From positions 1 to 29,931 of IMG/VR virus record IMGVR_UViG_3300006103_000052: 29,931 bases of DNA; one strand, written 5' to 3'. Positions 16,535 through 26,858 of this stretch are shown here, in pieces. Every line of letters begins with the position of its first letter. Within the stretch, counting starts at the first letter, position 1. The translations under genes were made by a program, and so were the position numbers. The notes beneath the pieces were generated by a model. It made no database searches and was not told the DNA's origin. It worked only from the letters and a program-made list of their open reading frames with translations. The DNA comes from a virus (lineage: Duplodnaviria; Caudoviricetes).

Positions 16535-17363
16535 TCAACTATGTTCAAAAATTTTATTAGAAGGTATCCAAAGCACAGATAGAACTGGCGTTGGTACGCT
16601 AAGTATGTTTGGCGAGCAGTTAAGATTTAATCTTGCTTATGGTTTCCCAGCAGTAACAACCAAAAAATTAGCATGGAAATCTATGGTAAGTGAACTGTTA
16701 TGGTTTATTGAGGGAAGCGGTGATGAGCGACGATTGGCAGAGATACAATATGGCACAAGAGATGCAGCAAAGAAAACCATTTGGACTGCAAATGCTAACG
16801 CAGGCTATTGGCTTCCAAATTCTCTTTATCATGGCGATTTGGGCCGTGTATATGGTGTACAGTGGCGTCATTGGCGTGATGTAAATGATGGTGAAATTGA
16901 CCAGTTAGCGGAACTCATTGATGGGTTGCAGCGTGATCCCACTGGTCGTCGGCATATTTTAACAGCATGGAATCCTGCTGAATTAAAAGAGATGGCACTG
17001 CCACCATGCCACATGTTTGCACAATTTTATATCCGTAATAATGTTTTAAGTTGCCAGATGTATCAGCGCAGTGCCGATATATTTCTCGGTGTTCCATTCA
17101 ACATTGCAAGTTATGCGCTCTTAACTCATCTTATTGCAAAGACAATTGGTGCATCGGTAGGTGAACTTATCCTAACATTTGGCGATGTTCATATCTATAA
17201 TAACCACATTGAACAGGTCAAAGAACAAATCGCTCGTCGTCCATATGCGCTTCCTCACCTTGATTTAAGTGATGTTAAAGATGTATGGTCAGCACAAATA
17301 GAAGATATTCGTTTGATGAATTATAAACATCATCCAGCAATCGCAGCAGAAATGGCGGTCTAA
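16521..17363 (+). CDS. thyA: Thymidylate synthase
   Basis: DRTGVGT, ELLWF, ALPPCH, YQRSADIFLGVPFN and GDVHIYNNH. Confidence 0.97.
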   Translation: MQNYNQLCSKILLEGIQSTDRTGVGTLSMFGEQLRFNLAYGFPAVTTKKLAWKSMVSELLWFIEGSGDERRLAEIQYGTRDAAKKTIWTANANAGYWLPNSLYHGDLGRVYGVQWRHWRDVNDGEIDQLAELIDGLQRDPTGRRHILTAWNPAELKEMALPPCHMFAQFYIRNNVLSCQMYQRSADIFLGVPFNIASYALLTHLIAKTIGASVGELILTFGDVHIYNNHIEQVKEQIARRPYALPHLDLSDVKDVWSAQIEDIRLMNYKHHPAIAAEMAV

Positions 17364-17364
17364 C

Positions 17365-18237
17365 ATGCACATATTAGTAACAGGTGGTTTTGGTTTTATT
17401 GGACATCATGTTGTAAAACGTCTTAAAGATAGTGGTCACGAGGTTACTATCATTGATGACTTGCGTTTTATTAACACTAACTTATATCTTGCTCGTGGTC
17501 GTTATATGGAATTTGCATATGATGACTGGGTTAATGCGGATTGTGCTAGCACAATCATTCAAGACGTAGATGTGATTGTTCATCTTGCAGGCGAGCCAAA
17601 TCAAGCAACTTTTGCCAAAGACCATTATGCTGCTTGGCGCAACACTGTTCAAAGCACGACGCATTTACTGACTGCATATCCAAATGCCAAGATGGTTTAT
17701 ATTTCTAGCAGCATGGTATATGGTGATTGGGGCGGTGTAATTAGTGAAGATGCGCCATTAAAACCAATCAATGATTATGGTAAGGCTAAACAAGAATGTG
17801 AGCAATTAGTCAGAGTTATTGCTAAACGTTGGACAATCATTCGTCCAACTGCTGTATATGGCAATCGTGATGATGGCAATCGTGTTATTTCTAAATGGGC
17901 AAAGGCTGCAGCAAATCAAGAACCAATTCATGTAGATGATCCACATGCTACGCTTGATTTTACCTATGTAGAAGATACTGCACAGGCAATTGCCAATGCT
18001 GCAATGTTTGATACCAATAATTTAATTGCCAACGTAAGTTATGGTCAAGCAAGAACGCTGCAAGACGCAATTGACATTATCAAGGGTTGGACCAACACAC
18101 AAAGTGAAATCGTGTATGGTGATGGTGTACCATTTAATATGCCAAAACGTGGTGCCATGGATACTCGTAAGGCAGTACAGTATCTTGGATATACGCCAAA
18201 GTTTAATTTAGAAAACGGTATACAGAAACTTATATGA
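17365..18237 (+). CDS. NAD-dependent NDP-sugar epimerase/dehydratase (extended SDR)
   Basis: LVTGGFGFIG, HLAG, ISSSMVYG, YGKAK (YxxxK) and DFTYVED. Confidence 0.93.
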   Translation: MHILVTGGFGFIGHHVVKRLKDSGHEVTIIDDLRFINTNLYLARGRYMEFAYDDWVNADCASTIIQDVDVIVHLAGEPNQATFAKDHYAAWRNTVQSTTHLLTAYPNAKMVYISSSMVYGDWGGVISEDAPLKPINDYGKAKQECEQLVRVIAKRWTIIRPTAVYGNRDDGNRVISKWAKAAANQEPIHVDDPHATLDFTYVEDTAQAIANAAMFDTNNLIANVSYGQARTLQDAIDIIKGWTNTQSEIVYGDGVPFNMPKRGAMDTRKAVQYLGYTPKFNLENGIQKLI

Positions 18238-19334
18238 TAAATTTTAGCGATTTACCAGAACAATTTCGTGATAATAAAGAACTTGTTTTAAAAAATATAA
18301 ATTTTACGTTGCAATATGGTGAAGTTTATCGTGGTCAACATGAAATACTATTAAAAAAATTCATCAGTGGTCTTTACAATAATGCAGATGTTCAACTTAC
18401 AAGTTCGTGCACTGCTGCGATGCATGCAACTATGTTAGCATTGGATTTACCAAAAAACTCACGAGTATTAATTCCAACATTGACATATGCAGCGACTGCA
18501 CAGGCTGTAATAGGTGCATCTTGCATACCTACATTTGTTGATATAGATAATAGTTGGTTAATGGATTTAGATGATCTTGATCGTGTTTATAACTTATATC
18601 CACAAGAAATAAGTGCAGTTATTGTTGTTGATTTGTACGGTCAGGGCTGCGATATCTATAAATTGAGGAAATGGTGTGATGCTCGAAACCTTAAATTAAT
18701 CATAGACGCTGCCCAAAGTTTTTGTATTACCACCCCACAGTATGATCAAACTATAGCAGATGCCGTATGCATAAGTTTCAATGCTTATAAAAATTTTGGC
18801 GGAAGTGCTGGTGGTGGAGCAATAATAACAAATAAAATTGATGTTGCGAAATTAGATTCAATTTGCACTAACGGAAAATCACAATATGGAACAGATGGAA
18901 AAATAAATTATATTGGAACAACATCACGTATAACAAGTATGCAATCAGCATTGGTTGCGGCAAATATTCCAAATTATAATTTAATGGTTGACAGAAAAAT
19001 TCAAATTATTAAAAAATACTGTGATGCATTTTATAATCATAATAGTATTACAATGCCACAATTTGCTTACCAAAATTTATATAATTGGTATGTGTTTCCT
19101 ATTATAACGCCAAACTATGAGGAAACCTGTAACGCATTGCATAATGCACAGATTGGTTTCAGTAGTCATTATAAATTTCCATTACACAATGAATTGTTCG
19201 CCGCACATTGGAATACACATGGTTGTTCACGCAGTGAATCATTAACTGGTAAAATTATTAGTTTACCATCCCATACTCATTTAAGTAATGATGATGTAGA
19301 TTATGTTATTACAACTGTATTGGCTGCGGTATAA
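18234..19334 (+). CDS. DegT/DnrJ/EryC1/StrS family PLP-dependent sugar aminotransferase
   Basis: SSCTAAM, PTFVDID, VDLYGQ, IIDAAQS and SFNAYKNFG (catalytic Lys retained). Confidence 0.92.
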   Translation: MINFSDLPEQFRDNKELVLKNINFTLQYGEVYRGQHEILLKKFISGLYNNADVQLTSSCTAAMHATMLALDLPKNSRVLIPTLTYAATAQAVIGASCIPTFVDIDNSWLMDLDDLDRVYNLYPQEISAVIVVDLYGQGCDIYKLRKWCDARNLKLIIDAAQSFCITTPQYDQTIADAVCISFNAYKNFGGSAGGGAIITNKIDVAKLDSICTNGKSQYGTDGKINYIGTTSRITSMQSALVAANIPNYNLMVDRKIQIIKKYCDAFYNHNSITMPQFAYQNLYNWYVFPIITPNYEETCNALHNAQIGFSSHYKFPLHNELFAAHWNTHGCSRSESLTGKIISLPSHTHLSNDDVDYVITTVLAAV

Positions 19335-22017
19335 GACGAGAATAGTGTTCGTACAGCCAATCCCATTCGCTTGTTAGTATCAATGCTTCTTCGTTACCAC
19401 CACTTACCGCATAATATTCTTCTGCATGTTTTACTGCCAACTGTTGCATCGAAGCATTATTACATTTGGCAACATTACGCCATGCCCATAGACGATATTC
19501 ATTCTCTACGCTAGGATTTTCTCTGCCATAATGCAGTATCTTAATAACTTCACGAAATGCGGTTCGCCAAGTTAACCAATCATCACCTTCAAGATTAGTT
19601 TCACTTATAGTGATTGGCACAGTAGTATGACGTTGAGCAAGTGTCATATCAAGTCCACCTCTATTCTCGTACATGAGTTGACAATGATATGCAATAGGTG
19701 CCATATGTCCATATTCTAATCCTGTATTAAGATTACGATTATGAAAGATATAATGTTTAGGTTCTTGCCAGAAATCTGGTTGCCAATTTAGTTCTGCAAA
19801 ATTATCTAATACATAGCACTTGGCAAACACAGCAATAAACCATGGTGTATCGCTTTGAAACGCTGCCGCCCGATATGCTTCTAGCCTATTATTAATTCCA
19901 CTGATTGACTTTGCACTAGGATAAACGGTTAGTAACCTATTCCAGTTATCGGTTGCGCAACTTTCTTTATTATCAATGAAGATTACATCAATAGGAATAT
20001 CTGTACCATACTCAGGATAACGAAGCAGATGTGGATATTCGTATATTTCTTTATCAACAATGCAATCACGTGGCACAAGACAGGTACTATTACTACGGTT
20101 AATACTGACAACAGGTCGCTTATCCCATAGACAAACATCTGGATAATCTACAAATCCAGTATAAGAATATACCGTATAAATTCCACGATTACGTGGATAA
20201 TTGTTCAAGTCCCATGCCAAGCAATTGTCAGTGACAGAAATAACAGGCCAGCGTTTACGCTGTAGTGGTGCATGATCAAAATTAAATTTTAACTTGTCCG
20301 CATTAAAACTAGGAACATGGATTAAGAATGTATCGCCCTTCTCACATGTTCCACTCGGCCAGCAATGTATCTGATCACGTTGGTCAAGGTCAGGCAACCA
20401 GTTCCAATCAAATCCATCATATTCACAGACATCGCTGTAAATCCATAGCCACTCACGGTTGCACTTCTTTACTGCAGCCTTAATAGATTCTTCCATTGTG
20501 GTAATAAGACGAACTTGAAAATCTGGTGTATATGGATTATCAAATGAATTAGTGTTCAAGAAACACATATCAGCATGTGTATCATTAAATTTTAATGATG
20601 ATTGATGATATTTGTAATCAATAAAATTTGTAATAGCATTACGATGAATAAGAACCGTATAACTTAATTGTTCTTTGTCAGCCATTGTAAAGGCATGGAT
20701 GTAATTAGTATCCCAACCATCGGGCAACCATTCAAAATCCCATTGGCTATAATCAATACGACGATCAGCAATCCATGTCCACTCATTACCCATTGCAAGT
20801 GTTTGCAACGTTTCTAAGTTAAATGTGTTTGTATAATCTTGCCAGTAGATAACAGGACGAACTTGTGGTAAAAAATGTAAATCACTTCGATGATATACGG
20901 TTTTAGGATTTTTATTCTTTGTATTGATAAGTTTGGTGTATCCAAGATGCTGCGTACCAGCCATACAGAATACATGTGTTTTATCCGTATCCCATTCATC
21001 TGGCAACCAACTAAAATCAAAGTTGCCATAGTCTATACGCTCATCTTTTTCCCAAACCCATTCATCATTTGGCTTGCTTGGATCAAATTTTAACTTTGCA
21101 TCATGATATTTTATTTCGTTGCTTGGAACTTTGGTATTATGCAAAAACGTATAACATAATTGTTCAGTGCCGTTCATAGCAAAGGCATGTGTTTTATTGA
21201 TGTCCCATGCATCTGGCAACCAATTAAAGTTAAAATTGCTGTAATCTATGCGCTCGTCTATTATCCATACCCATTCACTATCAATAGGAATGGTCTCAGT
21301 TAATTTAGGAATATCTTTGAATAGCAGATATGAATGATGATATACTCGCTCATTGCTGCAATTCTTACGCATTAATCGTGTATAAGATAATTGTTCAGCG
21401 CCCCACATGCAGAACTCATGAATTTTATCTGCATCCCATGCATCAGGGAGCCAATCAAAATTAAAATCTGTATAATCTATGCGACTATCTAAAATCCAAT
21501 TCCATTCATAGGGTGAATTATCTATATCATTGATATTATACAACATACCAATGCCATTGAATTTTAATTTAGAAGTATGATATTTTATCTCCGCACCATT
21601 TCCCACACTTGTATAGGATAACTGTGTGGTGCCATTCATTGCAAAATGATGCTGCTTGTTCCAATCCCATACATCAGGATACCAATTAAAATTGAAACCA
21701 TCATACTGAATCTGATCACTTGTATTCCACAGCGGCGGTGTTATGATAGGTAATATACCACCATGATAGCACATTTCACTATTATTATCGATGGGTATTA
21801 ACCAAGTTGTATAACATTGTGGATTATTATGACTTGCCCATGCATGTAACATATGAGTTTGATGACGATGCGGCATGTAACGTAAATTAAAATTAGTATA
21901 ATCTACCGCACGATGACGCAACCATACATAGTCTGTGCGACTAGCAGCAACGGCTTTGGCAATTAGTTCTTTAATATCCGTACAATCATCGTAATCATAC
22001 CAGTAAGTGTCAAACAT
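19309..22017 (-). CDS. Trp/Asp-rich tandem-repeat protein with C-terminal glycosyltransferase (GT-A)-like domain
   Basis: About 7 repeats of EWxWxxDxRIDYxxFxFxWLPDxWDxxxxHxF. C-terminal DVIFID..E..A..NW..L...AYRAAA...YGH...WRTAFRE. Confidence 0.7.
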   Translation of the reverse strand: MFDTYWYDYDDCTDIKELIAKAVAASRTDYVWLRHRAVDYTNFNLRYMPHRHQTHMLHAWASHNNPQCYTTWLIPIDNNSEMCYHGGILPIITPPLWNTSDQIQYDGFNFNWYPDVWDWNKQHHFAMNGTTQLSYTSVGNGAEIKYHTSKLKFNGIGMLYNINDIDNSPYEWNWILDSRIDYTDFNFDWLPDAWDADKIHEFCMWGAEQLSYTRLMRKNCSNERVYHHSYLLFKDIPKLTETIPIDSEWVWIIDERIDYSNFNFNWLPDAWDINKTHAFAMNGTEQLCYTFLHNTKVPSNEIKYHDAKLKFDPSKPNDEWVWEKDERIDYGNFDFSWLPDEWDTDKTHVFCMAGTQHLGYTKLINTKNKNPKTVYHRSDLHFLPQVRPVIYWQDYTNTFNLETLQTLAMGNEWTWIADRRIDYSQWDFEWLPDGWDTNYIHAFTMADKEQLSYTVLIHRNAITNFIDYKYHQSSLKFNDTHADMCFLNTNSFDNPYTPDFQVRLITTMEESIKAAVKKCNREWLWIYSDVCEYDGFDWNWLPDLDQRDQIHCWPSGTCEKGDTFLIHVPSFNADKLKFNFDHAPLQRKRWPVISVTDNCLAWDLNNYPRNRGIYTVYSYTGFVDYPDVCLWDKRPVVSINRSNSTCLVPRDCIVDKEIYEYPHLLRYPEYGTDIPIDVIFIDNKESCATDNWNRLLTVYPSAKSISGINNRLEAYRAAAFQSDTPWFIAVFAKCYVLDNFAELNWQPDFWQEPKHYIFHNRNLNTGLEYGHMAPIAYHCQLMYENRGGLDMTLAQRHTTVPITISETNLEGDDWLTWRTAFREVIKILHYGRENPSVENEYRLWAWRNVAKCNNASMQQLAVKHAEEYYAVSGGNEEALILTSEWDWLYEHYSRLIPQPIQL
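20330..21930 (-). repeat. Intragenic protein-level tandem repeats (~60-95 aa; boundaries approximate)
   Basis: WYPDVWD, WLPDAWD (twice), WLPDEWD, WLPDGWD, WLPDLD and a degenerate N-terminal copy. Confidence 0.85.
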
Positions 22018-23119
22018 TGTGGCTATTATAACCTGGCATCAAGTATGATAGCTGGCGTTGCTCGTGGTTCGCATCGCTCCAACTATAATCATAAACAGCT
22101 TTAACGCCATCTACTTCTAAACTATAGATATCCAAATAATTCCCCATCAATGTCCAAATGTCACTTTCATTTGTGGTACCAAAACTACGCATCAAGTCAA
22201 CCGCAGCAATCTCAAGATATCCTAAACTTAAATTAGGATCAGTGGGATCATAACCCTCATGACGCAGCCATGCGTTAAAAGCATCTTGTTCGTGTGTATG
22301 CCAACTATGTTTACCATAACAAACATCACGACCCCATTCAACGTCAAACTCACCACTGTAATACTGTAAGTGTGTGATAGCATCGCAAGTTGCCTGATCT
22401 AAAGTTGGCGCACCCTCATCACGAAACACTTCCATAAGTGTTTTACCAATTTGTGTCCAATGCATGTAAACATGCGCAAACTTGCGATCATGCCCATTGC
22501 TTATAAAACCTTCACGATGTTTTGCGGTTAAATTATAACGGGTAGCATTTAAAAAAGTAGTAATCTGACTTGGACGAATCCATTCAGGCTTAAACTTTTG
22601 CTTACGTAAACTTAAACATAGCGTTTCAATCTCATGACATAGGTTATTAATTTGACGAATGGCATACTTTACATTAGGTGGCGCAAGTTTATAATAAGAA
22701 CTTAAATTTTCAACTGTTCCTTGAAGATGTTCAAAATAATTATGAACTTCATTCATAATATCGTGATTTGGTCCGCCACTTTCAGGATCATCTGCAAGTG
22801 GTAACATTACCGTATCTGGTGTGTATACGGTATTAATTTTTATGTTATCTAAACCAGCCGATTGCCATATACCAAGGTCATTATAATGATATACGGTTTG
22901 CGTGTGTTTACTTAATTCTTTGCAAAGATATTCAAGGTTACGACCACCATTTGGCCAACCATGCCAGCAATAGTTTTTCTCAATTGGACTATTCTTTTGT
23001 AATTCTATCTTTAATGCCGCAATCCAATCTTGTGCTAATTGGGTATTATTAGGCTCAATATAAACAGGCAGCAATTTCTCTTTATCAAGCGGATTGCGAA
23101 GGGTCATTATAATAGTCAT
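22010..23119 (-). CDS. Hypothetical protein embedded in the radical SAM operon
   Basis: Probable start 23119 by ATGA overlap with the upstream stop (ORF track gives 23134). His/Glu motifs NEVHNYFEH and NLCHEIE. Confidence 0.8.
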   Translation of the reverse strand: MTIIMTLRNPLDKEKLLPVYIEPNNTQLAQDWIAALKIELQKNSPIEKNYCWHGWPNGGRNLEYLCKELSKHTQTVYHYNDLGIWQSAGLDNIKINTVYTPDTVMLPLADDPESGGPNHDIMNEVHNYFEHLQGTVENLSSYYKLAPPNVKYAIRQINNLCHEIETLCLSLRKQKFKPEWIRPSQITTFLNATRYNLTAKHREGFISNGHDRKFAHVYMHWTQIGKTLMEVFRDEGAPTLDQATCDAITHLQYYSGEFDVEWGRDVCYGKHSWHTHEQDAFNAWLRHEGYDPTDPNLSLGYLEIAAVDLMRSFGTTNESDIWTLMGNYLDIYSLEVDGVKAVYDYSWSDANHEQRQLSYLMPGYNSHNV

Positions 23120-24408
23120 ATTTTTTTCCACCATTCCAAGACATCGCCAACAAGGATATCTTCCATCTTTATCTTAGCATCTTTGCGAATAGATTCCAAT
23201 TTTAAAAGATGTGCTTTACCACGAATTGCTTCTCTTTTATAGGTATCAGGGAACTGTTCTTCAAAAGTAGGACGGCTTTTAAGGTGTTCTATTGTGTCCC
23301 ATAGACTTTGTGTGCGACTAGTGATAAGTGGTTTGATACGTGTCTGTATGCTCTCTAGAAGTGGTTCTAAGACCGTTCTAGGTAAGGCTAGGGGGCTGAG
23401 TAGTATGTCAGGAGAGAAGGCAAATACAACCTTACTCAGCAAATCAACATTCAGTTCATTGGATAAATTTATAATGTTTTCAAGGTCAAACAAACCAGGT
23501 AAAGTAAGAGTAAAATCAATACGCATTTGTCTAGGGTGTTTCGAAGATTCAATCCCCCGTCTAAAGTTACTATACCACTCGCTATAATTAAGGCCAGTCC
23601 TAACATATTCGCCTATTGCTCCTGTTCCATCTAAACTTGCGCATATTTCCCAATGTGGGAAGTTTTCAAGAAGTTCCCATAGGGTTCCTTCTTTGTCTTT
23701 ACAATAACTCAAGTTTGTATTATATCTTACACGAACTTGATCTGCATAGTCAAGTTCTATTATTCTACGCATGAATGACCAATGTTCATCATAGAGTAAT
23801 GGTTCGCCACCTACCCAATAAATTTCACGAACACTTTTGTTTTCAATTGCTTGCTTAAATTCTGGTATAACTACGTCACGAGTAAAATCACGGATAGCAT
23901 GACGGTTCTTTGGCTGCATCCAATGGTTTTTTGGATTGGACAAGTCAACCATTTCATTCTTGCGAACTTCAACTTCCCATGCTGAACTCAGCATATCGCC
24001 ACACATACGGCATTTGAAGTTGCATACATTGCTGTAGCGATAGTCCCATGATACGGGTTCTAAAGTTGTGTAACCATTAGCATCTGTATTAGCCACCGCA
24101 GCATCTCGTAGATGACCAAAAAGATGTCCAAAGTAATCACGATATACAGAAGTGTTAAGTAACTTTTTATCGCAGACTTCACATGCTGATGGAACCGTAC
24201 CAGCCAACCATTGTTTTCTAATCTCTCTAATATGTTCGCCATTCCACCAATCCTTTAGCGTGAGCGGATTAAATTGCCCATCGCCGCCAGCAGTGTCGAT
24301 ATATTGCTGAAAGTTTTGGGCAGGTTCTCGTGACGCACAGCACAGGCGTCTTTCTCCGACAGGAGAAATAAATGTGTGCGTCCAAGGCGCTAAACAAAAA
24401 TCATTCAT
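23116..24408 (-). CDS. Radical SAM protein with N-terminal twitch/SPASM-like domain (#5)
   Basis: FCLAPW..LCC..CEVC, then CNFKCRMC and VGGEPL. Probable start 24408. Confidence 0.92.
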   Translation of the reverse strand: MNDFCLAPWTHTFISPVGERRLCCASREPAQNFQQYIDTAGGDGQFNPLTLKDWWNGEHIREIRKQWLAGTVPSACEVCDKKLLNTSVYRDYFGHLFGHLRDAAVANTDANGYTTLEPVSWDYRYSNVCNFKCRMCGDMLSSAWEVEVRKNEMVDLSNPKNHWMQPKNRHAIRDFTRDVVIPEFKQAIENKSVREIYWVGGEPLLYDEHWSFMRRIIELDYADQVRVRYNTNLSYCKDKEGTLWELLENFPHWEICASLDGTGAIGEYVRTGLNYSEWYSNFRRGIESSKHPRQMRIDFTLTLPGLFDLENIINLSNELNVDLLSKVVFAFSPDILLSPLALPRTVLEPLLESIQTRIKPLITSRTQSLWDTIEHLKSRPTFEEQFPDTYKREAIRGKAHLLKLESIRKDAKIKMEDILVGDVLEWWKKI

Positions 24409-25567
24409 AGCCAATCGCCGCTGCCATTTCTGGATGATAATCACTAAACTTTTGATTGCGCTGTAGGTCACTATTTTTTAGTTGTTGTACAAGTTCAGTG
24501 CAATCACTGCCTTTACCTTGCATCATAAATTCAAGTAGGTTTTTAACTTCGTCTGCATATGGACCCGCATAATCTTTATGCTTGTTGTATATTAATTCTT
24601 TTGCTACGCTATTTAAATTGGCAATAGAAAAATACCATGCATCATGCAGCACATTAAAGTAGACATAATCAAAACGTTGACGTGGAATCCATTCACACAT
24701 TTCATCAATATAATAAAAATTTTGCACATTGCTTGTTAGGCACAACTGTAACTTAATATTTTTATTATTTTTACGGAGTTCTCTAAATTTTTCTAAATTT
24801 TCTATACTATTATTCCAAACAGCACCATAACGTTGATATTCAAAACGTGGTCCAATATCATCTATTGATAGGGCAATCTCAACTAACTTGAAGTGAGGCC
24901 ACAGTTCTAATCCACGTTTTGGAAATGTAGTTGTATTTGTGTTGTAATGGATTTCAATATCCTTAGCATACCCCATATCAACCGCTATTTGCAGCAGATC
25001 AAAATGTTCATCAATAAGGAATGGTTCACCGCCCGTGAACTCAAAATATTTTGTATTTGCTAATAATTGAGTTAAATCTTCCCAGAATTTTTTTGATTTA
25101 CGAGGCCAACGCCCATTAATTAAATTTTCTCTTGCACTTTGATTATCTGGATATATGTCAATTTCTTCTTGCGCCCACTTTGAACTGCTAAAACTTCCAC
25201 ATATTCTGCATTTAAGATTACAAATGTTTCCAAGTTTTAAATCAAGAAACATCAATGCACCATCGTTAGCAGACGTTAACTCGGTATCACCAAGTATATT
25301 ACGCAGACGCATTTCACTATGCATACGCTTGCTTGTTCTACCACTTGCTTCTTCACTCCAACAACGATTGCAACCTTCTGGCTTCTCGCCATTTAAGAAA
25401 CTTTGACGAAGGTCGTTCATATAAGGGCTATTGAATGCTTCGGTCAAAGTATGTGTTTTAAGATCAATATCGGGTATCGTATCATAACTTAAGCAACAAA
25501 CTTTGCATTTGCCCATAGGATCTGCTTCGATGCTTACAAATGGCAGAACACAAAATGAATTATTCAT
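24401..25567 (-). CDS. Radical SAM protein with N-terminal twitch/SPASM-like domain (#4)
   Basis: FCVLPF..VCC..CNRC, then CNLKCRIC and TGGEPF. Confidence 0.93.
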   Translation of the reverse strand: MNNSFCVLPFVSIEADPMGKCKVCCLSYDTIPDIDLKTHTLTEAFNSPYMNDLRQSFLNGEKPEGCNRCWSEEASGRTSKRMHSEMRLRNILGDTELTSANDGALMFLDLKLGNICNLKCRICGSFSSSKWAQEEIDIYPDNQSARENLINGRWPRKSKKFWEDLTQLLANTKYFEFTGGEPFLIDEHFDLLQIAVDMGYAKDIEIHYNTNTTTFPKRGLELWPHFKLVEIALSIDDIGPRFEYQRYGAVWNNSIENLEKFRELRKNNKNIKLQLCLTSNVQNFYYIDEMCEWIPRQRFDYVYFNVLHDAWYFSIANLNSVAKELIYNKHKDYAGPYADEVKNLLEFMMQGKGSDCTELVQQLKNSDLQRNQKFSDYHPEMAAAIGYE

Positions 25568-26858
25568 AAAGTAGTCCTAATTCTGGAATAGCATCTAAAA
25601 CATTTTCACCACGAATTTTATCTAGCTGCGCAGTTTTTGCTTTGAATTGTTGCAATAAATTTGTTTTATCGTCGCCCATCATAAATTTAATTGCACTTTC
25701 AAAACCAACTGTCGCACGTCTTAAGTTATCTTTTGGTTTTAACCATTCGATATGTTCAAGATATTTCTCTTGCACATCTACTTTATATTGAAAAGGTAAT
25801 ACATCAATACGATAGAAAGGTGGGTCTTGAAGAATATTGACATTTAAATCCTGTGGTTTTAATAAACCTTTTTCAACCCAATCTCTATGAAAATCAGGAA
25901 GATGCAGCGCATTCAAAATACTCAAGGTAGGACTAATATAAAAATCTACCGTTGGACATACTCTTAACATCTGTTCTCTGTTTTGTTCAACTTGCGCCCA
26001 GTTAGTTCCTTTACGAATATATTCACCATGCATCCCCATAGCATCTAGACTTGCTCCCACGCTTACCGAATCAAATTCACGCCATAATTCTAAAACATTT
26101 GTTTTCTTGTAAGTAAGTTGGCTGAAATTAGTATTGTATACTAGACGAACATCAGTACGACCACGCTTGATCAATTCATTAAGAAGACGATAATGTTCTT
26201 CCATAATGAGTGGTTCACCACCTGCAAAATAAACTTGTTCTAGATTATCAATCTGTGGTTCAAGTTGTTCCCAGATGTCATTTTCAGTTTTGCCAGCAAA
26301 ATTAATTCTACTATTGTCTGATTTCCATACTTTATCCCAACCTTTGCTTTTTTCATCTGCAATTATTTTAGCCTGATCATCATACCAATTAGAACTAAAG
26401 AAATGACCACAACTACGACACCGAAGATTACAAAGATTTGAAAAACGAATATCCCAATAGATAAGTTTCATGTCTGGATTTGAATTGTCGGTAAGCGCAA
26501 TATGATGTCCAAAGTGCTTATTGGCACTTAACCGTAAACTAAAAAATCCGCTGTCTTCTTGTTCATAACACCTACGACAACCATCAATTTTTTCGCCTGC
26601 AAGCATCTTTGTTCGGACTTCTTGCATTTCAGGACTTTGCCAAATTTCTTCTATTGTTTGAGTTTTGGTATTACCAATTGTGCTTTTCATTTCTGTATTA
26701 CAACAAGGATATGCCTCACCTGTTGGAAACGCATGTAAATGAATCCATGGATACATACAAAATGATTTATTTTCAAATAGTAAATCTTTATGTTTTTCTG
26801 TTAAATTTTCAACAGATATGTTTAATGGTTTTTTATCACCATAATTATAACTTGTCAT
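25560..26858 (-). CDS. Radical SAM protein with N-terminal twitch/SPASM-like domain (#3)
   Basis: FCMYPW..GEAYPCC..CRRC, then CNLRCRSC and AGGEPL. Confidence 0.93.
   Translation of the reverse strand: MTSYNYGDKKPLNISVENLTEKHKDLLFENKSFCMYPWIHLHAFPTGEAYPCCNTEMKSTIGNTKTQTIEEIWQSPEMQEVRTKMLAGEKIDGCRRCYEQEDSGFFSLRLSANKHFGHHIALTDNSNPDMKLIYWDIRFSNLCNLRCRSCGHFFSSNWYDDQAKIIADEKSKGWDKVWKSDNSRINFAGKTENDIWEQLEPQIDNLEQVYFAGGEPLIMEEHYRLLNELIKRGRTDVRLVYNTNFSQLTYKKTNVLELWREFDSVSVGASLDAMGMHGEYIRKGTNWAQVEQNREQMLRVCPTVDFYISPTLSILNALHLPDFHRDWVEKGLLKPQDLNVNILQDPPFYRIDVLPFQYKVDVQEKYLEHIEWLKPKDNLRRATVGFESAIKFMMGDDKTNLLQQFKAKTAQLDKIRGENVLDAIPELGLLYE

Noticed and set aside
16521-17363. ThyA as a dCMP/dUMP hydroxymethylase providing a handle for DNA glycosylation
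   Set aside because: It keeps canonical ThyA motifs, including the dUMP-specifying Asn in GVPFN, and sits next to DHFR. No base-handle enzyme is visible in this window, so DNA as the glycan acceptor is unproven.
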